Shown: one piece after another, positions 8,228 to 17,773 of the stretch
Position numbering within the stretch: position 1 is the first letter of the stretch
How the letters are laid out: every line of letters begins with the position of its first letter
IMG/VR virus record: IMGVR_UViG_3300010316_000005
Coordinates: 1-64,000 of that record
Strand: one strand, 5' to 3'
Origin: a virus
DNA length: 64,000 nucleotides
The notes under the pieces: generated by a model
The model's database searches: none
What the model was told of the DNA's origin: nothing
Seen by the model: the letters and a program-made list of their open reading frames with translations, nothing else
Made by a program: the position numbers and the translations under genes

Positions 8228-8528
8228 GGGTAAAATTTATAGAGGCAATATTCTTGATATGTGTCACCACGTATGGTTAACTGAAACTGACCCCAAAATC
8301 AGGAAGCGACTTAGTGAATATAACTACACAGGAAATATTACACAGAAGTATATATTTCGTTACAGGCACCTAAGCAGAGAAGATGAGAAATCTCAAAGAT
8401 TCGAAACATGGTTGACGCAGCATGGTGTTGAGGTACTAAACGAAGGTCCTTGTGCGCCAAGGCGCGTTCGCGTAAATAACGAGAAATTTTTAACATACCT
8501 ATTCTTAAAGTTTAAAGAAAATAGTTAA
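8220..8528 (+). CDS. F-x-L-K family protein
   Basis: FETWLTQHG; ends TYLFLKF. Confidence 0.7.
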   Translation: MPKGKIYRGNILDMCHHVWLTETDPKIRKRLSEYNYTGNITQKYIFRYRHLSREDEKSQRFETWLTQHGVEVLNEGPCAPRRVRVNNEKFLTYLFLKFKENS

Positions 8529-8532
8529 TAGG

Positions 8533-8561
8533 TTGACATCTGTGTAATTTACTGTTACATT
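8533..8561 (+). promoter_or_regulatory. sigma70 promoter
   Basis: TTGACA-17-TACATT. Confidence 0.6.
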
Positions 8562-8592
8562 AAAAATAAGAAATACTTACGGAGACGAGATC

Positions 8593-9300
8593 ATGCCAGC
8601 AATCAAAGCATACAAATATGACGGACTACTTATTCCTATCGAAGAGGCTAAAGTAGCTAAGGCGTATCAGTGCCCCTGGACAGCCAAGGTCTATTCAACT
8701 AAGCGAGGATATCTCAAGCATCTAGCAGAGCTGCGCACCAATCGTATGCATCAAAAAGCAAGAAGCAAAATCCGTGTTCGCAAGCTTGAAGATTTTTGGA
8801 ACCAGCCCAGCTTCGAAAAGCTGATTGACTGGGTTGAGCTTAACTCAGAGTTCTTCTTAAAAAATGCACTCGGCAATCGAAACGAAAAACTCTTTGATAA
8901 GATTCGAGACGACTTCTGGATCAGAATCACTTACCTCAATCTTAACTGGAGTGAGAGTGTTTCAAACTCACACACTGCGCCACATACAGGCGAAACCAAT
9001 TGGGGAGGTCGCAAGCCAAATGCTCCTCGCGGTTATCCTGGTTGGGCAGGCGAAATCGAGTTTCAACTTAGTCACGACCTGCCATCGTTCTCAAGTGACT
9101 TGTTTCGAGGAACAAGAATTAATACTGGCACAGGAAGTGGTGTTGGCGAAAATCGTTTTGGATACGGCACTGAGTTCTTTGCTGATGACTGGCCTGCAAT
9201 TACTGCTCGCCGCGAAACAATGAAGAGTTGGAATGCCGTTGGCCACACTGCTAACGGAAATAAAATTCAGCTAGGTACTGCGAGGTACTTTAAGAGATGA
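8593..9300 (+). CDS. hypothetical phage protein
   Basis: GGAG RBS, 235 aa, C..H..H near N-terminus. Confidence 0.8.
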   Translation: MPAIKAYKYDGLLIPIEEAKVAKAYQCPWTAKVYSTKRGYLKHLAELRTNRMHQKARSKIRVRKLEDFWNQPSFEKLIDWVELNSEFFLKNALGNRNEKLFDKIRDDFWIRITYLNLNWSESVSNSHTAPHTGETNWGGRKPNAPRGYPGWAGEIEFQLSHDLPSFSSDLFRGTRINTGTGSGVGENRFGYGTEFFADDWPAITARRETMKSWNAVGHTANGNKIQLGTARYFKR

Positions 9301-9710
9301 GCTATAGATATAAGCCTGTGCCGCAGGTCCCTTGGCCAGCACCGAGAAAGAGAAAGAAAAAGAGACAGGAAATGAAAAAGAGACAGTTAATCCGAGAAAG
9401 TGATTACGCAAAGTTACCTACTTGGGTAACTGACTCATATAACGTTGATTTCAAACCGCTTACTAAAAGCTATTTTGAAAAACGGGCTACGTTCTTTTAC
9501 GTCAAAGGAAAGAAGTACGTAGCCGACCAATATGCGCTACACGAATACCCCAAGGATATGATTAAACGATTCACTGGTATTCATTTGTATAAAAGTCAAT
9601 ATAGAGACTGGCTGATCAAATACAATAGCGCCGGTGAATTAACTATCCGGGCCGGACTTCGTCGACCTGAATGTCGACTGGGACTTGCAACCTTCAGGAA
9701 GAAGGTATGA
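9297..9710 (+). CDS. basic hypothetical protein
   Basis: ATGA-coupled, 137 aa. Confidence 0.6.
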   Translation: MSYRYKPVPQVPWPAPRKRKKKRQEMKKRQLIRESDYAKLPTWVTDSYNVDFKPLTKSYFEKRATFFYVKGKKYVADQYALHEYPKDMIKRFTGIHLYKSQYRDWLIKYNSAGELTIRAGLRRPECRLGLATFRKKV

Positions 9711-9903
9711 AAGCTGCTACCTCAGTACTACAACTTAAGAATCGAACTGATAACTGGATTATCTTTCGATTCTTAAGAAGGAAAAAAAGAGCGGTGATAG
9801 AGTATTTTGATTGCGGGGATTTTCAGTACGAATTAGATGTTCCGCTCGGAGAAGGCAAAAGGATCTATAATTTATCTTTACACAACGGTTACGAGGAAAT
9901 CAA

Positions 9904-11229
9904 ATGAGAACACAACCACAACATATTATTCAACAGCTTGAACTAAACCCAAGCAGACTAGATAAAGAAGCTATTTTACATGATGCAATGACTGAAGGAT
10001 TAGACGAATTCTTCGAAGGAGTAACTATGGCGCTCGATGCTATGGTTACTTTCGGCGTTAAGCAAGTGCCTGTTAAAGAAACCAACGACGGCCAAGGACT
10101 GCCGTGGCTTGCGTTTAAGGATCTTGCTGATAAGCTAATGCATCGTGAACTTACTGGACACGCTGCTAGAGACGCTATTCAGTTGACGATGGACATAGCT
10201 ACACAAGAACAATGGAACGACTTTTATCGTCGTATTCTTATCAAAGATCTTAGGTGTGGCGCAAGTGAAAAGACTGTTAACAAAGTTGCTAAAGATTTTC
10301 CGCAATATAAGATTCCGGTTTTTACTTGTCAGTTAGCACACGATGGCGCAAATCACGAAAAGAAGCTGGTCGGAAAAAAGCAGATTGAAATTAAGCTTGA
10401 CGGTGTTCGTGTTCTTGCTATCATTCACGATGTCAACGGAGACACCATTCAGTTGTACAGTCGCAACGGAAAACAGCTTCACAACTTCGATCATATCATT
10501 GAAGACATTCGAGCAGTGATTCGAGAGTATCCTGTTCCGTATCCGTTGGTATTAGACGGCGAAGTAATGAGTGCAAACTTCCAGGATCTAATGAAGCAGA
10601 TCCACCGAAAAGAAACTTCAGAAGCAAGTGACGCTGTCCTGCATCTGTTTGATACTATTCCACTTGGTTCCTTTCTTAACGGGTACTGGGATAAGCCACA
10701 AAGCTACCGCAGCGCGATTACAAAGGCTTGGGCAGAGGAGCATAGCGACCGCTTACAGCACGTTACAGCACTGGATTGGGAAGATGTTGACTTAGACACT
10801 CTAGAAGGCCAGATGCGCTTTAAAGAGCTTAATAAGGCGGCGCTTGCTGCTGATTACGAGGGCCTGCTTGTAAAGGACCCTGATGCGCCGCACGAGAGCA
10901 AACGAGCACATTCGTGGCTAAAAGTCAAACCGTTCATTGAAGTTACACTTGAGGTAGTCGGATACGAAGAAGGTACAGGGCGCAACGAAGGAAGACTTGG
11001 TGCGCTTGTATGTTCTGGCTTCGATGACGGAAAAGAAATTAAAGTTAATGTTGGTGGTGGATTTACTGACGCGCAGCGTAAAGAGCTATGGGAACACCGC
11101 GGCGATTTGGTAACTTGCTTAGTTGAAGTTCGCGCAGATGCGATTACACAGAATCAGGACGGAACCTACAGCTTACGGTTTCCACGTTTTAAAACGTTCC
11201 GTGGGTTTGAGCCAGGCGAAAAGCTGTGA
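9904..11229 (+). CDS. lig: ATP-dependent DNA ligase
   Basis: KLDGVR (motif I), LDGEV, YEGLLVK, WLKVK, SLRFPRF. Confidence 0.95.
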   Translation: MRTQPQHIIQQLELNPSRLDKEAILHDAMTEGLDEFFEGVTMALDAMVTFGVKQVPVKETNDGQGLPWLAFKDLADKLMHRELTGHAARDAIQLTMDIATQEQWNDFYRRILIKDLRCGASEKTVNKVAKDFPQYKIPVFTCQLAHDGANHEKKLVGKKQIEIKLDGVRVLAIIHDVNGDTIQLYSRNGKQLHNFDHIIEDIRAVIREYPVPYPLVLDGEVMSANFQDLMKQIHRKETSEASDAVLHLFDTIPLGSFLNGYWDKPQSYRSAITKAWAEEHSDRLQHVTALDWEDVDLDTLEGQMRFKELNKAALAADYEGLLVKDPDAPHESKRAHSWLKVKPFIEVTLEVVGYEEGTGRNEGRLGALVCSGFDDGKEIKVNVGGGFTDAQRKELWEHRGDLVTCLVEVRADAITQNQDGTYSLRFPRFKTFRGFEPGEKL

Positions 11230-11474
11230 TTTTAAAACTCGGATCTATAATGCAACATGTAGGGCTAGAACCTCCTGAAGCAGACTGGGTTGCTATTCTA
11301 AGAACGCTTGGCGTAGATGCCGATCTTGCTAAAAAAGCTGCAAGGAAAGTTTACTTCGAAGAAACAGAGTTCAAAGAATATTGCCATCACTATGATGTAT
11401 TCTTCATTCCCAACAATACAAAATATGGCGACGTGTTTGCTATTAAGTACGGAGTAAAATACGTTGACGTTTAA
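11226..11474 (+). CDS. F-x-[IL]-K-Y family small protein
   Basis: GTGA-coupled; ends VFAIKYG. Confidence 0.65.
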   Translation: MILKLGSIMQHVGLEPPEADWVAILRTLGVDADLAKKAARKVYFEETEFKEYCHHYDVFFIPNNTKYGDVFAIKYGVKYVDV

Positions 11475-11757
11475 ATACAATCTTCCAGTTTATTATAGCA
11501 AAGCAGGTGCAAGTGAGCGGCGCACAATTAGAGAACAGTACGTAAAAGAACAGGACGGAATGTGCTACTGGTGCAAGCAGCCACTAGATGAAAAGCCGCC
11601 AAAAGAGGTTACAAGCAAGAAAATTAATCTGAAATTGTTTCCTCCGGGATTTCTACGACACCCTGTACATCTACAGCACGATCACTCTAGTGATCTAACA
11701 GAAGGCGCAGTCCACGCATATTGCAATGCAGTGATGTGGCAGTACTACGGACGCTAA
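11464..11757 (+). CDS. endonuclease VII-like His-Me finger protein
   Basis: QDGMCYWC..HLQHDH..GAVHAYCN. Confidence 0.6.
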   Translation: MTFKYNLPVYYSKAGASERRTIREQYVKEQDGMCYWCKQPLDEKPPKEVTSKKINLKLFPPGFLRHPVHLQHDHSSDLTEGAVHAYCNAVMWQYYGR

Positions 11758-11767
11758 AGGAGAAACA

Positions 11768-12160
11768 ATGAGCCAAAAGGAACGAGACGAAGGTCGACGC
11801 ATTTTAGAAGAAAAATTCAAAGCAAAAATCAGTCCTAGTAATCACAAATTTTACAGGATGCAGCCCGTATATAATTATGATAGGTATAAAAGTCCGGGGC
11901 TTGCGGACTATGAGTCAAGCTACCAAGAAGTAGTGGTTGGCGTTGATATTACCCTAGAAGAAGCTAGCTTTGAATACCTGTGCTCTTGCCTGTCTTATCA
12001 GCAATCAGGAAGGGATCGCTTTAAACCGTATGACCATGAGATGTGGGACCGGTTGCAGTCTGAACGAGATCTTCGGGCGCGGCATCCGGGGCTACAGAAA
12101 GCTTATGACAAGTATCGCATCTTACTCGACTTAGTAGCAAATGGCAAAGAAATAGAATAG
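11768..12160 (+). CDS. hypothetical phage protein
   Basis: AGGAG RBS; LRARHPGLQKAYDKY. Confidence 0.75.
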   Translation: MSQKERDEGRRILEEKFKAKISPSNHKFYRMQPVYNYDRYKSPGLADYESSYQEVVVGVDITLEEASFEYLCSCLSYQQSGRDRFKPYDHEMWDRLQSERDLRARHPGLQKAYDKYRILLDLVANGKEIE

Positions 12161-12408
12161 TGATTAGACTAACGTTTACTGTTGACGAATACTATGCAAC
12201 AGATAACAGCGCTTCGTTTTCAATAGCAGTATCAAAGTTTCGACAGAGAGAGTCGGTTAAGTATCTATACGAACACTGCAAAGAGCCAGCAAAAATCGAA
12301 CACTACAAAAAAGCAGAAACTTTTGAAACTGTTTGGTGTACGTGGTGGGACTTACCAGGTGACAGAGAGACCTACTTCTTCCTGAAATGGGGAGACGAAC
12401 TTGGATAA
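12160..12408 (+). CDS. F-x-L-K-W family small protein
   Basis: ends ETYFFLKWG; paralog of 12401. Confidence 0.7.
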   Translation: MIRLTFTVDEYYATDNSASFSIAVSKFRQRESVKYLYEHCKEPAKIEHYKKAETFETVWCTWWDLPGDRETYFFLKWGDELG

Positions 12409-12646
12409 GCTTGCTTGCGTTAAGGTTCCTTTTGCATTAACAAAGGGCACTATGTATCTTGATCACCTATACGAAGCTAAAGAAAATATGCCATGGCTTG
12501 ACTTTTTATATAAAAATTGCGACCACTGGGACTGTGAAGATGGCCGTGCCGACGGACTAATGTTCCCGGACGAGATGGTTGCAGTAGTTTATTATTTCTA
12601 CCTAACTCCTGAACTCGAAACCTTCTATCATCTAAAATATGGTTGA
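12401..12646 (+). CDS. L-K-Y family small protein
   Basis: ends ETFYHLKYG. Confidence 0.7.
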   Translation: MDKLACVKVPFALTKGTMYLDHLYEAKENMPWLDFLYKNCDHWDCEDGRADGLMFPDEMVAVVYYFYLTPELETFYHLKYG

Positions 12647-12699
12647 CTTAGTCTCATTTGGCTATATAATAATATTGAACGTAACGAAAGGGCCCATCA

Positions 12700-13893
12700 A
12701 TGGCACGTAAAGCAACGGCGACAAAAGCACCTCGTAAGAAAAAGACAGTACGCGCAACGCGCCGTACAGTCGGAATCAACGCTATTCCAACTAACAGCTG
12801 GAACCACGCTAAGTTCTATGTACATTACGAAATCGAGGGTCGCGAATGGGGCAAGACTGTCAAGGATTATATTCGCAACAACCTCAAAAAAGACGAAGTT
12901 GCTGCTATTAACAAATTGCCCGACTGGAAAACTGGCGGCTGGAGTCATTGGGCAACAGTAGCAAAATTGCGTGAAGTTGCACCTATACTTATTCCTGAAG
13001 AAATGGAAAAAGGCTTTGACAAGTTCCTTGCTCGGCTAGTTGTCGAAGGCAAAGCTGTTGCTGCTGAGAAAAAGAAAGAAGAAAAGACCAAGAAGAACGT
13101 ACATGTTCCTACTATCCAGGAACGTATTACTGAGCAAGCAGACGAAGCGTGTGAAGAGATCGAAGCTTGGTTTGACGAGTTCATTACCGATCCTAAAAAC
13201 TTCGATCCAAAGAGCTTCGACTTTGCTGCCCACTTTGCTATTAAAAAGGTTTCGCAAGCACACGCTCGCAAGATTAAGAAAACCTACGAAGCACAGCTAA
13301 AAGAAGCACAAGACGTAGTGAACATGCCAACACCAGCTGCGATTAAAAAGATCAAAGACGCGCAAAAGGCAGATTACGCTCAGCAGATGCGTGACGGTTA
13401 CGCATACCTGCGCAAAGTAGATGCTAAGAAATGGCTCGAGTCGCTCGAGACGCTGATGGCAGAATGTGACATGGTTATTGACTCTGCCAAAGCTAGCCGC
13501 AAGCCTCGCGTTAAGAAAGCGCCTAGCAAAGAAAAGCTAATCGCCAAGCTCAAGTATCTCGAAGCAGACGACAAGTACAAGCTCGTAAGTGCTAACCCGA
13601 TTGACTTGCTTGATGCTACCGAAGTTTGGGTGTTTAATGTAAAAACTCGCAAGCTTGGTAAGTACGTAGTCGACGCTCATTCTACATCACTTGGAGTTAA
13701 AGGCACTTCGTTAATCGGGTTCGACCCAACAGCAAGTGTACAAAAGACACTGCGCAAGCCCGACGAGACTCTCAAAGAGTTTAAGAAGGCAGGCAAAGTA
13801 AAACTTCGCAAGTTCCTTGAAGAACTGACTACAACTGACACAAAACTAAACGGACGGTTCAATAGCGACACTATAATTCTCAAGGTTGTTTGA
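12700..13893 (+). CDS. lysine-rich hypothetical protein, likely highly expressed
   Basis: 397 aa; TTGACT-16-TATAAT promoter at 12643-12670; biased codons. Confidence 0.85.
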   Translation: MARKATATKAPRKKKTVRATRRTVGINAIPTNSWNHAKFYVHYEIEGREWGKTVKDYIRNNLKKDEVAAINKLPDWKTGGWSHWATVAKLREVAPILIPEEMEKGFDKFLARLVVEGKAVAAEKKKEEKTKKNVHVPTIQERITEQADEACEEIEAWFDEFITDPKNFDPKSFDFAAHFAIKKVSQAHARKIKKTYEAQLKEAQDVVNMPTPAAIKKIKDAQKADYAQQMRDGYAYLRKVDAKKWLESLETLMAECDMVIDSAKASRKPRVKKAPSKEKLIAKLKYLEADDKYKLVSANPIDLLDATEVWVFNVKTRKLGKYVVDAHSTSLGVKGTSLIGFDPTASVQKTLRKPDETLKEFKKAGKVKLRKFLEELTTTDTKLNGRFNSDTIILKVV

Positions 13894-13917
13894 ATAAATA
13901 TTTAAGCAAACAAGGAG

Positions 13918-14250
13918 ATGATAATGGTAAATTTAAAACTATTAGCTAAAAGATTGAGTTTAGGGGTAGCTCTCTGGAGATGGGCAGGATTTGTTCTGCC
14001 ATTTACTGCACTTGGTGTAATAATTATGACTCATTACTTCGATTGGGACAATTTAGTTCAATCAACGTTTATGGCTATCATTATAATCATGGCAACAGTA
14101 ATGGTGGGATGGTGGTGGTGGGCACTAACAGCCATTCATCGGGTACTGAGTATTATGGTCAATACAGAAGAAAATTTAGTTGAAGTTAAGAAAGAGATTG
14201 CTGTAATACGAGAAGAACTCCCGGTTGAAGAAAAGATAAAAACTTCTTGA
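13918..14250 (+). CDS. membrane protein (2 TM)
   Basis: ATAAATA upstream, AGGAG RBS, two hydrophobic segments. Confidence 0.7.
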   Translation: MIMVNLKLLAKRLSLGVALWRWAGFVLPFTALGVIIMTHYFDWDNLVQSTFMAIIIIMATVMVGWWWWALTAIHRVLSIMVNTEENLVEVKKEIAVIREELPVEEKIKTS

Positions 14251-14275
14251 CTTTTAATGTAAATACTGCTACTAT
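14247..14275 (+). promoter_or_regulatory. sigma70 promoter for queD
   Basis: TTGACT-17-TACTAT. Confidence 0.65.
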
Positions 14276-14280
14276 AAAGT

Positions 14281-14317
14281 TAGAGGACTAATGTTCGACC
14301 CTCTATAAATATTCCGC
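14281..14317 (+). promoter_or_regulatory. candidate preQ1-I-like riboswitch/pseudoknot
   Basis: UAGAGG/CCUCUA stem, 13-nt loop, AU-rich tail able to pair with the loop; directly 5' of queD. Confidence 0.45.
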
Positions 14318-14339
14318 ACATTTTTAAGGAGTAAACATT

Positions 14340-14840
14340 ATGGTACAACCTATTATATACAAATATGTAAGTACAAAAGAATACATTGACGAGTTTCCGT
14401 GCGCTTACAGACAGTGGCGCGCGGATTCACATTGTAACATGAATCACGGCTACGCATTTAGTATGAAATTTTACTTTGGTACAAATGAGTTAGATGCCCG
14501 TAATTGGGTTGCTGACTACGGCGGACTAAAAGAGCTAAAAGCAGTGTTAAAAGATCAGTTTGATCACACTACTTTGGTTGCCGAAGACGACCCAGAACTA
14601 GAATTCTATAAGGAAATGGAACGGCGTAAGCTGGCCAAGCTAACAATCCTTCCTAAGTTAGGCTGCGAAGGCCTTGCTGATACACTTTACAAATATGTAA
14701 ATGGAGTTTATATTCCTGATATGTGGGGTGAGGCAGAAGCAAAGCGTTTGTGGTGTTTTAAAGTAGAAGTGCGTGAAACTCAGAGCAACATGGCGTATCG
14801 AGAAGGTCATCGCGAATTGGCCGAAGACTTGTTTAGTTAA
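14340..14840 (+). CDS. queD: 6-carboxytetrahydropterin synthase (QueD/PTPS)
   Basis: SHC..HGY, DYGGLK..FDH, GCE, VRET. Confidence 0.85.
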   Translation: MVQPIIYKYVSTKEYIDEFPCAYRQWRADSHCNMNHGYAFSMKFYFGTNELDARNWVADYGGLKELKAVLKDQFDHTTLVAEDDPELEFYKEMERRKLAKLTILPKLGCEGLADTLYKYVNGVYIPDMWGEAEAKRLWCFKVEVRETQSNMAYREGHRELAEDLFS

Positions 14841-15610
14841 TGGCCGAAACTAAGCATCAAAGACGGATGAGAAAGGCACAAGAACGTGCTATTAATGGCA
14901 CTCAACCTAAACGCTATGTAATTTGTTTAAAGTACGGTGACAAATATGACGCCGAATACGTTAACAAACTACATAGCATGGTGTCAAGGCACCTTACACT
15001 TGATCACGAATTTGTATGTTTTACTGAACATCCCAAAGGCATAAATCCCGACATTAAGATAATGCCTTTGGACGTACACCATGACATTAAAGGATGGTGG
15101 TACAAGCCACTGTTCTTTAATCCACTGCTAGGGATCGAAGGTACTCTATTGTTCTTAGATCTCGATCTAATTATTTTCAGAAATATCGACTATTTGTTTA
15201 CGCACAAACCCGGACAGTTTTTAATTATACGAGATTTTAACCGTCGCATGATTAAGAATTATCAAAAGTTTAACAGCAGCGTGTTTCGACTAGAAACTGG
15301 CCAACATGTAAAAGTGTACAGAGACTTTATTTCTCGTCCCAAGCACGTTATGCCAAGGTTCCACGGAGATCAAGATTGGATGAGATCTTGCATTACAAAT
15401 GCATTTGACTTTTGGCCCGATGAATGGATACAAAGCTACAAATGGGAGATGCGCGACAATCCCCAGTTAACACGAGTCGCGAAAGGACAACGAACATTTG
15501 TCACGGCTGGTACGCCCACTATCAAAGACGACACTAGCATTGCAGTATTTCACGGAGATCCTAGTCCTCACCAGTGCGCCGACGACTGGGTATCTCAAAA
15601 TTGGCATTGA
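14840..15610 (+). CDS. GT-A glycosyltransferase
   Basis: ICLKYGDKY, GWWYK, FLDLD, FNSS, GDQDW, FHGDP. Confidence 0.8.
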   Translation: MAETKHQRRMRKAQERAINGTQPKRYVICLKYGDKYDAEYVNKLHSMVSRHLTLDHEFVCFTEHPKGINPDIKIMPLDVHHDIKGWWYKPLFFNPLLGIEGTLLFLDLDLIIFRNIDYLFTHKPGQFLIIRDFNRRMIKNYQKFNSSVFRLETGQHVKVYRDFISRPKHVMPRFHGDQDWMRSCITNAFDFWPDEWIQSYKWEMRDNPQLTRVAKGQRTFVTAGTPTIKDDTSIAVFHGDPSPHQCADDWVSQNWH

Positions 15611-15640
15611 CTCTAGCAAAGAAGAGTGTTATAATAAAAT

Positions 15641-16672
15641 ATGTTTAACAATACAATACAGCGGATCGGTTTTGCGTGTAAGTACATGTACCCTGACCAA
15701 TCAATTAAGAAGCAGCTACTCGAAGAGTATCAGCGGCCTCTTAACAATCGTTCTACAACAGTTTCTTGGCTCAATCGACAGACTCGCGATGTTGCCGAAG
15801 AGCGCCTGTGGGACTTAATGCAACACAATATACAAAGTTTTGAAAACTTAGTTAGATACGTAGGATCTCTGCCACATGATTTACGAATGGTCCGCCTTGG
15901 AAGTGACGTTTTGCCTGTTTATACTCAGTCTAGTTGGAGTTATTTTTGGCGCCTTAGCGATACACAAGGGTATTGTGAACGAGCGTTCCGTCGCGTGGGT
16001 GAGATTGCACGTGAGCTTGATGTTCGCTTGTCTATGCATCCTGGCCAGTTCTGCTGTTTCGCATCTGATCGTGAAGATGTTGTCCTTCGTAGCATAGAAG
16101 AATTTGAGTACCACGTAGACGTAATACGATGGATGGGCTATGGCAAGCAATTCCAAGACTTTAAGTGTAACATTCACGTGTCAGGACGCAATGGAGTAGA
16201 GGGCGTAAAGCAAGCTTTAAAAAAAATAACACCCGAAGCGCGAAATGTTATTACTTTCGAAAATGATGAATATTCCTGCGGAGTCGATCAGTTAATTGAA
16301 CTTGCTGATCATGCTGCGTTAGTATTTGATAGCCACCATCACTTCATACATTCCGGCGAACATATGTATCCCAACGATGACCGTTATCAAAAAATATTAG
16401 AAAGTTGGAGAGGTGTTCGTCCTGCAATGCACTATTCTGCTAGCAGAGAAGAATACCTACTAGACGCAGACAAACTTCCTGTAATGGATGATTTACTAGC
16501 AGCAGGCTACAAGCGAGGGAAACTTAGAGCGCATAGTGATTATTATACCAATCACGCCCTTAGTGACCTAATATACGAGTTTTGGCAATATTCTGATATT
16601 ATGTGCGAGTCGAAGGCAAAGAACTTGTCGAGCATTCAGTTATACGAATACTTTAAACAGCAACATATGTAA
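15641..16672 (+). CDS. uvsE: UV-damage endonuclease
   Basis: RIGFACK, RLSMHPGQF, FENDE, FDSHHH, HYS, AHSD, ESKAK; promoter TTGACT-17-TATAAT at 15607-15635. Confidence 0.92.
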   Translation: MFNNTIQRIGFACKYMYPDQSIKKQLLEEYQRPLNNRSTTVSWLNRQTRDVAEERLWDLMQHNIQSFENLVRYVGSLPHDLRMVRLGSDVLPVYTQSSWSYFWRLSDTQGYCERAFRRVGEIARELDVRLSMHPGQFCCFASDREDVVLRSIEEFEYHVDVIRWMGYGKQFQDFKCNIHVSGRNGVEGVKQALKKITPEARNVITFENDEYSCGVDQLIELADHAALVFDSHHHFIHSGEHMYPNDDRYQKILESWRGVRPAMHYSASREEYLLDADKLPVMDDLLAAGYKRGKLRAHSDYYTNHALSDLIYEFWQYSDIMCESKAKNLSSIQLYEYFKQQHM

Positions 16673-17333
16673 ATCTTTTATTGCCGGCGTCATCTATATA
16701 TTGTTTTCTCTTCATTCCTTCGTATTTCTTCTTTCTAGTCTCAGCAGCCCTTTTTGAAATGTCTGATCTTTTTTCTGGAGACATATCTTTTACCCTCTGT
16801 TGTGCTGCTATTTTATAAGATTCGATGGCAGCACTAGATCTCTTTTCGCCTTTTCTTGACTCAAGCAGTTCTATCTGTTGTTTTCTATAGTCTTCGTCTT
16901 GCCACCGCGTTTTCATCGACGCAGATATGCTGTTTCTTCCTGCTAAGGTCTTTGTGTCTTTGCCCCTGTTTGAATTTCCGCTCTTGATTTTATTTTCTGG
17001 TGTATGAGTTTTTCCATAAAACCCGTTGTCAGCGCCTCTATTAACGGGGGGTCGGGCACCTTCCGTAATATTAGTCAAATTACTAATGCCTATGGTTTCT
17101 ATTAAGTGTTCTTCATAATCATATGCGAGTTGCTCGTCGACAAAATATTTTATTATTTCTACTACAGGTTCTAGTTCTTGCTTGTGTAGTTCTTTGATAA
17201 GACTGTCTTTATAATAGTTATTATTGCCATCCGTGAACTGGTTATGGGTATGTGCCCTGTTACCAGTTCCTTTGCCTATATAAAAGACAGTGTTCGAACG
17301 AGGGTCTATAAGTTGGTATACGTAGTATTTCAT
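16653..17333 (-). CDS. GIY-YIG (LEM-3-like) homing endonuclease with NUMOD3
   Basis: YYVYQLIDPR..FYIGKG..R, LTNI, FYGKTHT; tail-to-tail overlap with uvsE. Confidence 0.8.
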   Translation of the reverse strand: MKYYVYQLIDPRSNTVFYIGKGTGNRAHTHNQFTDGNNNYYKDSLIKELHKQELEPVVEIIKYFVDEQLAYDYEEHLIETIGISNLTNITEGARPPVNRGADNGFYGKTHTPENKIKSGNSNRGKDTKTLAGRNSISASMKTRWQDEDYRKQQIELLESRKGEKRSSAAIESYKIAAQQRVKDMSPEKRSDISKRAAETRKKKYEGMKRKQYIDDAGNKRFTYVAV

Positions 17334-17390
17334 ATAGATACTTATCTAAAGTACTTGACATTCACTAAAAGAAGTGGTATAATATATTAT

Positions 17391-17708
17391 ATGAATACAA
17401 AAGATCAACCACATAAGCAGCACTACTGGTGGTTTTTAATGGGAATGAATGATATGCACGAAGTCAACCAAATTATAGATGACCGAACATCTGAAACCCT
17501 TGGAGACTGGTTAATCAAAGAGCGATCAGTCCAGGCTATTGAGAGAAGATGCTATCATCCATTTGCGAGATGCTGGGCGTCTAACCGAAGATTGTTTCTG
17601 CGAAAAGCTAAAATAGTAAAATGCGTTATAACTGAAGCAGGTGACGACGTAGTAGAATATTTTTATTTTGTGCCAAAGCATTATACTCTTTGGCTTATGA
17701 ACCAATAA
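17391..17708 (+). CDS. hypothetical protein
   Basis: ATG just after TTGACA-17-TATAAT (17355-17383). Confidence 0.6.
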   Translation: MNTKDQPHKQHYWWFLMGMNDMHEVNQIIDDRTSETLGDWLIKERSVQAIERRCYHPFARCWASNRRLFLRKAKIVKCVITEAGDDVVEYFYFVPKHYTLWLMNQ

Positions 17709-17773
17709 TTCAGTTGACATCCGATTTCTTTGGCACTATATTTTAAGTATAACTTAAAACAAAGGCAAATAAT

